From an uncultured Lachnospiraceae bacterium (GTDB lineage Bacteria > Bacillota > Clostridia > Oscillospirales > CAG-272): a DNA stretch of 56,771 nt. Below, one piece after another: positions 36,480-45,376 of this stretch (the stretch's first letter is position 1; every line of letters starts with the position of its first letter). The stretch is taken from the NCBI GenBank assembly GCA_964466625.1, contig CAYXQF010000002.1, forward strand, positions 1 through 56,771. The letters run 5' to 3'. Position numbers and translations under genes: made by a program. The notes under the pieces were generated by a model. It was not told the DNA's origin. It did not search any database and saw only the letters and a program-made list of their open reading frames with translations.

Positions 36480-36501
36480 AACACGCAAAAGGAGGTTTTT
36501 T

Positions 36502-37755
36502 ATGAAAAACACGATAAAAATTCTGACTTCTCTGCTTCTGCTTACGTCGATGCTTCTTAGCATCGTTTCCTGCGGCACCGTCAGCGCTGCAAATCTCATG
36601 GACGATGTGAAGGCGCAAGCGGTCACGGGAAAAACCGCTGACGAAAAATTCATTTCCTCGCAGATGGATTTTGCCGCGGAAATCTTTCGACTTTCCGCCA
36701 AGGAAAGTGACTATGAAAATACGCTCATCTCTCCCCTTTCCATCATGGTAGCACTCGCGATGACCGCAAACGGCGCAGACGGAGAAACTCGTGCGCAGAT
36801 GGAAGAAATCCTCGGCGCAGAGATCACCCTTGATGATCTGAACGAATATCTTTACAGCTATCTTAACACCCTGCCCTCCTCGGAAAAATACAAAGTCCAC
36901 CTCGCAAATTCCATTTGGGCGCGTGACGGCAAGCTCGAACCGCAAAAGGATTTTTTGCAGACAGTTGCAAACTATTACGGTGCGGATTTTTACAAAGCAC
37001 CCTTTGACACCTCGACGGTAGAGGACGTGAACGCTTGGGTAAAGAAAAACACAAGCGGCATGATCGACAAGATCATCAATGAGATCACGCCCACCACCGT
37101 GATGTATCTCATCAATGCACTTTCTTTTGATGCCGAATGGGCAGAAAAATACGAAAAGAGTGACGTGCATGACCGCACCTTCACCACGCTTTCGGGGGAA
37201 ACACAGACCGTTTCCATGATGTATTCCGAGGAATCGAAATATATCGAAGACGAAAACACGAGCGGCTTTATCAAAGACTACGCCGACGGCAAATACAGCT
37301 TCGTGGCACTCCTGCCCGATGAAAACGTGGATTTTGAAGACTACGTTTCGTCGCTGACGGGTGAGAAGATCGAAGCTCTCATGAAAAGCAAACAGCGCAC
37401 CGCCGTGGACGCGGGGCTTCCGCAGTTTGAGTATTCCTATGATATCTCGCTTGTTGAAGTTTTGAAAACGATGGGTATGACGGACGCTTTCGATGCAACG
37501 GGCGCTGATTTTTCGAAGATCGGCAAGACGGTGGACGGCAATCCGCTTTACATCAGCGAAGTGCTCCACAAGACCTTCATTTCCGTGGACACCGAACGCA
37601 CGAAAGCCGCCGCCATCACGCTCGTAGCAATGGAAGAATGCACTTCCGTGGCGATCACAAAATCCGTGATTCTTGACAGACCGTTTGTTTATATGATCGT
37701 GGAAAACGAAACGGAGCTGCCGATCTTCATCGGCACCGTGACCGCGATCGGATAA
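36502..37755 (+). CDS. Serpin family protease inhibitor, lipoprotein (serpin 2)
   Basis: Lipobox 'SIVSC', hinge 'RTKAAAITLV' and 'ILDRPFVYMIVENETELPIFIG'. Confidence 0.9.
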   Translation: MKNTIKILTSLLLLTSMLLSIVSCGTVSAANLMDDVKAQAVTGKTADEKFISSQMDFAAEIFRLSAKESDYENTLISPLSIMVALAMTANGADGETRAQMEEILGAEITLDDLNEYLYSYLNTLPSSEKYKVHLANSIWARDGKLEPQKDFLQTVANYYGADFYKAPFDTSTVEDVNAWVKKNTSGMIDKIINEITPTTVMYLINALSFDAEWAEKYEKSDVHDRTFTTLSGETQTVSMMYSEESKYIEDENTSGFIKDYADGKYSFVALLPDENVDFEDYVSSLTGEKIEALMKSKQRTAVDAGLPQFEYSYDISLVEVLKTMGMTDAFDATGADFSKIGKTVDGNPLYISEVLHKTFISVDTERTKAAAITLVAMEECTSVAITKSVILDRPFVYMIVENETELPIFIGTVTAIG

Positions 37756-37764
37756 GGAGGAACC

Positions 37765-39027
37765 ATGAAAACGAAAATCAAAATCATAACGGCGCTTTTA
37801 CTCCTCATCGCCTTGACAGTGAACGTCGTTTCCTGCGGCGCTGTGGGCGCCTCTGACCTGATGGACGGCATCAAAGCCAGAGAGATTCCCGAAAAAAGCG
37901 CCGATGAAATATTCACAAGCACCCAATTTGCGTTCGCCGCAGCGCTTTTTCGCCGTGCGGCAGAAGAAAGCGGCTGTGAAAACACGCTCATCTCTCCCCT
38001 TTCTGTGATATCTGCGCTCGCGATGACGGCAAACGGTGCAAAAGGCGAAACCCTTGCGCAGATGGAAAAAGTCCTCGGCGGCGGTTTAACCTTAGCGGAG
38101 CTGAACGAATATCTCCACAGCTATGTGGAAAACCTGCCATCGGGAGAGGATTATAAGCTCCACCTTGCCAATTCCATTTGGGCAAAGAAAAATCATTTGA
38201 CGATTCGTCCCGATTTCTTGCAAACCAACGCCGATTACTATGGTGCTGATCTCTTTGAAGCGCCCTTTGACACATCGACCGTGAAGGACATCAACGATTG
38301 GGTAAGCAAAAATACCGACGATATGATCAAAAACATCGTGGACGAGATCCATGATGACAACGTGATGTTCCTCATCAACGCGCTCTGTTTTGACGCAGCT
38401 TGGGAAACGCCCTACAGCGAAAGCGCGGTGAGAGATTATGATTTCCGTACGCTCAGCGGTAGCTATCAGACCGTGAAAATGATGTATTCCTCGGAGGATA
38501 TCTATCTTTCCGATGAAAACACCGAGGGGTTTATCAAAAGCTACAAGGACGGCAAATACAGCTTTGTGGCACTCCTGCCCGATCAAAAGGAAGATTTCTC
38601 GGAATACGTTTCTTCCTTGACGGGTGAAAAGCTGCAAACACTCCTTGAAAATAAGCAATATCACACCGTCTACGCAGGACTTCCGAAATTTGAATACGAA
38701 TACGAGCTTTCCATGAATAAGATCCTGCAGGATATGGGCATCACCGATGCCTTTGACGGTGGGAAAGCCGACCTTTCGGGCATCGGGGACGCTTCCATCG
38801 GCAATCTTTTCATCGGTAACGTGAAGCACAAAACATTCATTTCCGTTGGTGAAAAGCGCACCAAAGCCGCCGCTGTGACATCCGTCATCGTTTGCACCTT
38901 GAGCGCGGAGATCACAGGAGAACGCCCGAAGACCGTCATTCTTGACCGTCCGTTCGTTTATATGATCATCGAAAACGAAACGGCCCTCCCCATTTTCATC
39001 GGCACCGTGACGGAAATCGAAAGCTAA
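37765..39027 (+). CDS. Serpin family protease inhibitor, lipoprotein (serpin 3)
   Basis: Lipobox 'NVVSC', hinge 'RTKAAAVTSV' and 'ILDRPFVYMIIENETALPIFIG'. Confidence 0.9.
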   Translation: MKTKIKIITALLLLIALTVNVVSCGAVGASDLMDGIKAREIPEKSADEIFTSTQFAFAAALFRRAAEESGCENTLISPLSVISALAMTANGAKGETLAQMEKVLGGGLTLAELNEYLHSYVENLPSGEDYKLHLANSIWAKKNHLTIRPDFLQTNADYYGADLFEAPFDTSTVKDINDWVSKNTDDMIKNIVDEIHDDNVMFLINALCFDAAWETPYSESAVRDYDFRTLSGSYQTVKMMYSSEDIYLSDENTEGFIKSYKDGKYSFVALLPDQKEDFSEYVSSLTGEKLQTLLENKQYHTVYAGLPKFEYEYELSMNKILQDMGITDAFDGGKADLSGIGDASIGNLFIGNVKHKTFISVGEKRTKAAAVTSVIVCTLSAEITGERPKTVILDRPFVYMIIENETALPIFIGTVTEIES

Positions 39028-39031
39028 AGCA

Positions 39032-39068
39032 AAAACCGCATTTGTTTTTCAAATGCGGTTTTCCTTTT
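39032..39068 (+). terminator. Intrinsic terminator ending the serpin operon
   Basis: AAAACCGCATTTG-loop-AAATGCGGTTTT + CCTTTT. Confidence 0.8.
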
Positions 39069-39164
39069 GCGCGAAACATACCATAAAAATAGTTATTTGT
39101 ATAAATTGTTATAATAAATTTCAAGAAAATATTGCCCAATTTGTGAATTTAGTGGATTCTGCTC

Positions 39165-39193
39165 TTGATTTTTGGCGAAAAATAGGCTATACT
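39165..39193 (+). promoter_or_regulatory. Probable promoter of the ABC-2/GldG-like operon
   Basis: TTGATT-17 nt-TATACT. A TGTTATAAT extended -10 also lies about 70 nt upstream. Confidence 0.5.
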
Positions 39194-39286
39194 GATTAGG
39201 TATATCTATTCAGTTCTGGAAATGACTTTTTGATTATATACACATTTTCCGGCGCAAGATTTTTCACAAGTATTAAGGAGTAGGCA

Positions 39287-40255
39287 ATGATAAAAGTTGA
39301 ACACTTAACCAAACAGTACGGCGACCGCTACGCCGTAAACGACATCAGCTTTGAGGTGCATAAAGGTGAGATCGTCGGTTTTCTCGGCCCTAACGGTGCG
39401 GGTAAATCCACGACCATGAATATCCTCACAGGCTATCTTTCCTCCACATCGGGCAAAGCCATGATCGATGGCTTGGATATTCTCGAACACCCGCTCGCAG
39501 TGAAGCAGAAGATCGGTTTCCTCCCCGAAACCCCTCCGCTTTATCTGGAAATGACAGTTAAAGAATATCTCAGCTTCATCTATGATCTGAAACGTTGTAA
39601 GCTTAATCGCAAAGCACATATCGAAGAAGTCTGCCGTGTTGTCAAGATCGAGGATACCATGAACCGTATGATCAAAAACCTTTCCAAAGGTTACCGCCAG
39701 AGAGTCGGTATCGCGGGCGCTATCATCGGCAATCCCGAGGTCATCATTTTTGACGAACCGACCAACGGCCTTGACCCCAAGCAGATCATCGACATTCGTA
39801 ACCTCATTCGTGAGCTTGGCAAAGAAAGAACCATCATTCTCAGCACACATATCCTCTCCGAGGTAAAAGCCGTTTGCGATCGAATCCTCATCATCAACGA
39901 AGGCAAGATCGTCGCTGACGAAAAGACAGAAAATATCGAAGGCGCGCTCCGCGGTAACCGCAGACTCGCGATCCGCATTGACGGCCCCGCGCAGACAATT
40001 CAAAATGCGCTCAAACGCATCAACGGTATTGTTTACGCAGAGGTTTCCACCTCTCATGAAGACGGAAGCTCCACATTCATCGTTGAAAGCAAAAATAATA
40101 TCGACGTGCGCAAGCCGATCTTCTATATGCTCGCACAAAACTCATGGCCCATTCTTTCTCTTGAATTCACAGGAGCAAATCTTGAGGATATTTTCATTTC
40201 CGTTGTCGACGAAGCGGAAGCCGCAGAAAACGGCACAAAAACCAAAAAGGCTTAA
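39287..40255 (+). CDS. ABC transporter ATP-binding protein (ABC-2/GldA-like)
   Basis: Walker A 'GPNGAGKST', signature 'LSKGYRQR' and Walker B 'IIFDEPTNGLD'. Confidence 0.9.
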   Translation: MIKVEHLTKQYGDRYAVNDISFEVHKGEIVGFLGPNGAGKSTTMNILTGYLSSTSGKAMIDGLDILEHPLAVKQKIGFLPETPPLYLEMTVKEYLSFIYDLKRCKLNRKAHIEEVCRVVKIEDTMNRMIKNLSKGYRQRVGIAGAIIGNPEVIIFDEPTNGLDPKQIIDIRNLIRELGKERTIILSTHILSEVKAVCDRILIINEGKIVADEKTENIEGALRGNRRLAIRIDGPAQTIQNALKRINGIVYAEVSTSHEDGSSTFIVESKNNIDVRKPIFYMLAQNSWPILSLEFTGANLEDIFISVVDEAEAAENGTKTKKA

Positions 40256-40276
40256 AACCAAAGGAGGCTACTTACC

Positions 40277-40993
40277 ATGCTCGCCATTTACAAACGTGAA
40301 ATGCGTGCCTATTTCAGCTCCCCCGTGGGCTATATGTTCTGTGCGATCTTCTTCGCTGTCAGCGCATTTCTTTTCATGATCTACACCGTGCAGGCGGGAG
40401 AAAGCGCAAGCTATTCCAGCTATTTCTCTCTTTTGCTCTATCTTTTCATCGTTATCATTCCCCTTCTCACCATGAAGCTCATCAGTGAAGAGCGCAAAAT
40501 GCGCACCGATCAGCTGATCATGACCGCGCCTGTTACCCTCGCGGGTATCGTTATGGGTAAATATCTCGCGGCACTGACCATGTTCGGCGGTTCCTTTATC
40601 GTTTCTTCCGCGATCTATTATATTCCGCTCGCTCTCTACGGCACGCCCAATGCAGCTATGTATATCGGTTGCGTCATCGGTGTTTTCCTTGTCGGCAGTG
40701 CGTTTATTTCGATCGGTATCTTTATTTCTTCCCTCACGGAAAACCAGTTCATCGCGGCACTCGGCACCATTGGCGCCATCGTCTTCCTTTTGATGGTCAG
40801 CGCGCTCAACAGCTATATCAATAGCGAAGTGATCCGTAATTTCCTCTCTGCGCTTTCCGTAACCAGCCGTTATGCCTACTTCGCATACGGTATTTTCAGC
40901 TATGATTCCCTCATTTATTATATTTCTCTCTCGGCGGTCTTCCTCTTTTTGACGGTAAGAGTCTTTGAAAAACGCCGTTGGTCCAAATCTTAA
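40277..40993 (+). CDS. ABC-2 type transporter permease (GldF-like)
   Basis: 'MLAIYKREMRAYFSSPVGY' N-terminus and 6 TM segments. Confidence 0.8.
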   Translation: MLAIYKREMRAYFSSPVGYMFCAIFFAVSAFLFMIYTVQAGESASYSSYFSLLLYLFIVIIPLLTMKLISEERKMRTDQLIMTAPVTLAGIVMGKYLAALTMFGGSFIVSSAIYYIPLALYGTPNAAMYIGCVIGVFLVGSAFISIGIFISSLTENQFIAALGTIGAIVFLLMVSALNSYINSEVIRNFLSALSVTSRYAYFAYGIFSYDSLIYYISLSAVFLFLTVRVFEKRRWSKS

Positions 40994-41011
40994 AAAGGAG
41001 AAGACTTGAAA

Positions 41012-42595
41012 ATGGCAAACAAACCTACAAGCAAAAAGACGGCAAAACGTCCGTCCGATAAAAGAAACTTGAAATACGGTTCCCTTTCCGTTGCCGTGAC
41101 CGTGATCTTCGTGGCACTCGTCATCATCATCAATGTCATCGCGACATCTCTTTCCGGCGTTTACGGCTGGTACACAGACATGACTGCCTCCGGCATCTAT
41201 TCTCTCTCCGACGCCTTCAAAACGCAGATGGAAGAGATCCTGACACCCGAAGACGGCGGTGAGCCCGTTCACGTCAACATCGTCCTCATGGCAGAGGAAG
41301 ATTATTTCAAGGGATACAGCGTTTATGCCAACTATCTCTACCACACCATTCAGGAATTGGTAGAAGCTTTTGATAATTTCCACCTCGTGGCATACAACAC
41401 CACGATCCACCCCGAGCTTGCGGAAAAATACAAAATGACCACGCTCGATACCCCCGCGCTTGACGATATCGTTTTTGAGCTTGCAGATGAAAACGGTGTG
41501 GCGCTTGAAAACAGCCCCGCGAAAAAATACACCGCTCGTTCCTTCTTCATCTCCGATTCCGACAGCGGTAACGTTGTCGGCTATAACGCCGAAGCGAAAT
41601 TCCTCTCCGCAGTAGCACTTCTCACCGGCAAGACCGAAAAACCCACCGCATACTATTTGCAGGGTCACGGCGAGCCCACCTTGGCAGAAGCTTCCGATTG
41701 GACAAACGTTCTTGAGCTTGCCGGCTTTGACGTTTGCGAAATCAACCTCGCGGAAGAAGATTTTGACGCAGACCGCCATGATGATGACATCGTGATCATC
41801 AACTGCCCCAAATATGACTTGATGTCCACCACTTCGTTCTCCGAAGTCAAAGAGATCCGTGATTTCCTTGGTTCTTCCTATGGTAACATGATCGTGATCG
41901 AAGACGCAAGCGTTCCCACACTCCCCGCACTCGAAGGTCTTCTTTCCGAATGGGGACTCGGTTTTGGCGGTTCTGTGATCGATGATAAACACTCCGTTTC
42001 CTCCTCCGGTGCGGCAAAGGTTATTGCAGATTATGCACAGACTTACAATCCGAGCGCAGAAACACAGCCTTTCTCCGGTCAGATCCTCAAAAAGCTTTTC
42101 GGCACCAAATCCAACCTGCCCATCACCCTTTTCTCCACACCTAAGGAAGTAAAGATCCTTGATGACAGCGAGATCGTAAAGGCGATGAACGGCTCGGTTT
42201 CTTCCTTCTCCCTTTTGAACTCTTACAGCACCGCGCAGACCTCGGATAAAAACGGCACCGTAACAGGCTCCGTATCCCTTCTCGGTGTTTCCCGTATGAT
42301 CTGGGAGCTTAACTCCGACGAGATCAGCTACGTAGTAGCGCTCAGCTCGCAGGACTTCCTCTCCGGTGAATACGAAAGCTCCTGCGCAAACCGCAGCATC
42401 ATGTTCGCGCTTCTCAACCTGATGTGGGACAGCTCGGTTTCCTTCTCCGATATCGACTACAAAGAATTTGACTATTCTTCTCTTACCGTTTCCACCGCTC
42501 AGGCAAACACATGGACGATCGTCGGTGTGGTTGCGATCCCTGTGGTTATGGCGGCGCTCGGTATCTATGTTTATGTAAGGAGACGTCATTCATAA
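41012..42595 (+). CDS. GldG-like accessory protein of an ABC-type uncharacterized transport system
   Basis: N- and C-terminal TM anchors with a large extracytoplasmic domain ('YYLQGHGE'). The ATG at 41012 is preferred to the TTG at 41006 on RBS spacing. Confidence 0.65.
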   Translation: MANKPTSKKTAKRPSDKRNLKYGSLSVAVTVIFVALVIIINVIATSLSGVYGWYTDMTASGIYSLSDAFKTQMEEILTPEDGGEPVHVNIVLMAEEDYFKGYSVYANYLYHTIQELVEAFDNFHLVAYNTTIHPELAEKYKMTTLDTPALDDIVFELADENGVALENSPAKKYTARSFFISDSDSGNVVGYNAEAKFLSAVALLTGKTEKPTAYYLQGHGEPTLAEASDWTNVLELAGFDVCEINLAEEDFDADRHDDDIVIINCPKYDLMSTTSFSEVKEIRDFLGSSYGNMIVIEDASVPTLPALEGLLSEWGLGFGGSVIDDKHSVSSSGAAKVIADYAQTYNPSAETQPFSGQILKKLFGTKSNLPITLFSTPKEVKILDDSEIVKAMNGSVSSFSLLNSYSTAQTSDKNGTVTGSVSLLGVSRMIWELNSDEISYVVALSSQDFLSGEYESSCANRSIMFALLNLMWDSSVSFSDIDYKEFDYSSLTVSTAQANTWTIVGVVAIPVVMAALGIYVYVRRRHS

Positions 42596-44784
42596 TGAAA
42601 AATTTCTGGCAAAAAATCAAAGCGCTGTTTACGAAAAGCGACGTTGAAAAAACGTCGCTCCAGAAGACAGCCCGTATTTCCATCATTTTCGGCGGCATCG
42701 CCATCATCGGTGTGATCGTTTATTTCGCGATCATCGCACCGCTGCTCGTCTCCGAAGAAGCAAGAGTTCCCGATCTTTACGAAGGTGAAATTTATCAGTA
42801 TAGCACCATCTATATGCTCCGCCCCTATGAACGCTCGGAGATCGCTTCCGTTGAGATCAAAAACAGCTTTGAACAGTACAAGCTGAACGCTTACACAAGC
42901 GAAGGTGCCACGGACGTGCTTTTCCATGTTGAGGGCAAAGAAGAATACACTGTGACCGCAGAGCAGATCTCTTCCATTCTCGCTGACGTGCGTCTTCTTA
43001 TGACAAACTCCCCCACAGGACAAGACCGTGTCAACGAAATGGCAACCGCAGAAGACCTCAAAAACTACGGTCTTGACGCGGCTTCCGATCCTTCCTGGTT
43101 TGAAGTTACCCTCACTGACGGATCCTCTTACCGTGTCATCATCGGTAAGTCCCTCGTCACCTCCTCGGGCTACTACGCAATGCTCGAAGGCAGAAAGAAC
43201 GCCGTGACCGATGAAAACGGCGTGACCACCGAATACGATATCATCTATTCTCTCCAGTCCGCGCTTTCCGACACCGTTCTCCAACCCAGCACGATCCTTC
43301 TTTCCACAGAGCTCACCCCCTATTACACTACCTATTCCGCTTCAGACTTCATTTTGCTCCGCAACAACAAAGCAGAAGAACGTGAGCTTATCGTTCGCAT
43401 CGGTCTTGCGGAAGAACAAGGTGTTTCTGCGGCAAGCTCTGTTTATGAAATGTCCTATCCCGGCGCTTACGTCATCAACGAAGACTCCTTCGGCAGTGAC
43501 GTTCTCGGCGCACTTGCTTATATCACGGCAAACAACATCGTTGCTTACGGTGAAGAAATTCATACCCCTGAAGTATATGAAAAATACGGTCTTGACCTCG
43601 ATATCGAGCGTCTTGAAAACGTGACTGACACAAACTATGCCGTTCTCGTTTTCAACTGCATAGATCCCACGACCGAAAATTATGACGATTATACCCATGC
43701 GCTCTATTTCAGCGAAAAATTCACCGATCTTGACGGCTACGATTACTATTACGTTTACTCACCTTACCGCGAAGTCATCGGCAAGGTGCTTGCAGAAGAC
43801 TTCGAATTCATTGAGTGGACAGTCGCGCATTACACCAGCCCTTATATGTATTTTGAATACTTCACCAGTACGGAATATGTGGAACTCGTTTCCGAAAGAG
43901 ATGGCATCGACCACAGATTCATCATCTCCGGCAAGGAAAAATTCCGACACGTAGACGTTACCACATCGGGCGATGACGGTGAGATCATTTATAAAGAAGG
44001 CACACAGACACCTCTCACTTATGATGTCGACATCGTGACGGATAAATACGGTTATTCCGATTATTACGGCGATTTTGAGATCTTCCGTGATCTTTATTAC
44101 GTTCTCATCACGAGAACCTTAGCACTCTATGCTGACGTGGATTCTTCCACAACGATCGCCGGCGACGAGCCTGCTCGCAGCATCACCGTGCAGACAGCGG
44201 CAAAGGATCACCCCATCACGTATTATCGCTATGATGCAGACGGCAACAAAGTGGAATCTATCCGCGATCAAGGCGGCAACATCATCTGCCATGACGTGAC
44301 TGTGAAAACCACGCTTTCCAGCGGAGAAGTGGTCGACCTCACCTATGACACCGCTTATTTTGACGAAGACGCAAAGAAATTCTTCCTCAAGACCTATGAC
44401 ACCAACGACGGCTACGATAAGCCCAGCGCTTTCGAAAATGATGGCAACGGTAATGTAAAAGCCACCACTTTCCTCCCTGATTCCGCAAGCGGCACTTATA
44501 AGGAAACCATTTATTCCTATGACATTTATGATCTCTATGATGTCTACACCAATGCAGACGGCATAGAAGTGACACAGCTCAACCCCACTTATATGTATAT
44601 CATTCCCACCGTGACCGTGAACACCTATCGCATCTCCACAGGCGGCGAAAAGGTGCTTCTCGAAAGCGATGCAACGACCGCGGAAGTCGGCGTATATATC
44701 CGCACAGCGACCATTGACAAGCTCTTCTCTGATACCAACAAGCTTCTTGACGGCATCGAGATCGACACCTTGGCATTGAACTGA
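42595..44784 (+). CDS. DUF4340-like large extracytoplasmic protein with an N-terminal TM anchor
   Basis: TAATG start/stop overlap with the GldG-like gene. One N-terminal TM. Its position matches the usual fourth gene of such clusters. Confidence 0.55.
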   Translation: MKNFWQKIKALFTKSDVEKTSLQKTARISIIFGGIAIIGVIVYFAIIAPLLVSEEARVPDLYEGEIYQYSTIYMLRPYERSEIASVEIKNSFEQYKLNAYTSEGATDVLFHVEGKEEYTVTAEQISSILADVRLLMTNSPTGQDRVNEMATAEDLKNYGLDAASDPSWFEVTLTDGSSYRVIIGKSLVTSSGYYAMLEGRKNAVTDENGVTTEYDIIYSLQSALSDTVLQPSTILLSTELTPYYTTYSASDFILLRNNKAEERELIVRIGLAEEQGVSAASSVYEMSYPGAYVINEDSFGSDVLGALAYITANNIVAYGEEIHTPEVYEKYGLDLDIERLENVTDTNYAVLVFNCIDPTTENYDDYTHALYFSEKFTDLDGYDYYYVYSPYREVIGKVLAEDFEFIEWTVAHYTSPYMYFEYFTSTEYVELVSERDGIDHRFIISGKEKFRHVDVTTSGDDGEIIYKEGTQTPLTYDVDIVTDKYGYSDYYGDFEIFRDLYYVLITRTLALYADVDSSTTIAGDEPARSITVQTAAKDHPITYYRYDADGNKVESIRDQGGNIICHDVTVKTTLSSGEVVDLTYDTAYFDEDAKKFFLKTYDTNDGYDKPSAFENDGNGNVKATTFLPDSASGTYKETIYSYDIYDLYDVYTNADGIEVTQLNPTYMYIIPTVTVNTYRISTGGEKVLLESDATTAEVGVYIRTATIDKLFSDTNKLLDGIEIDTLALN

Positions 44785-44795
44785 TCACAAAACAA

Positions 44796-44828
44796 GAAAA
44801 AAATCCACGGTCACCCGTGGATTTTTTT
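44796..44828 (+). terminator. Intrinsic terminator
   Basis: AAATCCACGG-TCAC-CCGTGGATTT + TTTT. Confidence 0.8.
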
Positions 44829-44848
44829 ACAAGCAAAGGAGAAATCAA

Positions 44849-45304
44849 ATGGAAACAGAAGAAATGATCCTGATCAATAAAAAAGAGAGCAAGATCACGC
44901 TTTCCTCCGGCGGCAGATCGGCAGCGCTTTATTGCGCGCCCGAGGAGATGCGTGATTGCAGCCGCATCGCAATTGAACTTTTTATGGAAGGCTCGTTTAT
45001 TCACATTGACCTTGTCGAAGTCTGCGATCTTGCGGCGGCAAAACAAAAGGTTCGTGTGATCAAGGGCTTTGCCCTCGGTGAAAACCGCGCAGAGGAAGCC
45101 GCAAGGAAAGCTTTTGAAAATATGGGCGAGGAGCTTACCGTTTTGATGATGCTCAAAATGTCACCAAACGCCTCGCTCGCAGAAGCAGAAGCGGCAACCA
45201 CCACGGCTGTATCCTTCATTCACCCGGAAGCAACGGTGCTTTGGAGTGTGGATCTTTGTGAGGAGATCGGTGAGGGTTTTGCCGTCGAGGCACTCGTCTT
45301 TTAA
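44849..45304 (+). CDS. Stand-alone FtsZ C-terminal-subdomain-like protein (no GTPase domain, no C-terminal tail peptide)
   Basis: 'GFALGENRAEEAARKAF' against B. subtilis FtsZ 'GIATGENRAAEAAKKAI'. 'TVLMMLKMSPNASLAEAEAA...ATVLWSVDLCEEIGEGFAVEALVF' against 'GVLMNITGGTNLSLYEVQEAA...VNMIFGSVINENLKDEIVVTVIATGF' (FtsZ from memory). AAAGGAG RBS. Confidence 0.55.
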   Translation: METEEMILINKKESKITLSSGGRSAALYCAPEEMRDCSRIAIELFMEGSFIHIDLVEVCDLAAAKQKVRVIKGFALGENRAEEAARKAFENMGEELTVLMMLKMSPNASLAEAEAATTTAVSFIHPEATVLWSVDLCEEIGEGFAVEALVF

Positions 45305-45315
45305 GGAAAATACTC

Positions 45316-45344
45316 TTGCTTTTCCCTGCACGCTGTGCTAAAAT
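45316..45344 (+). promoter_or_regulatory. Probable promoter of the esterase genes
   Basis: TTGCTT-17 nt-TAAAAT with a TG at the extended -10 position. Confidence 0.5.
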
Positions 45345-45376
45345 GAAACCAAGAAAACTTATTTTAGGAGGTCTTT

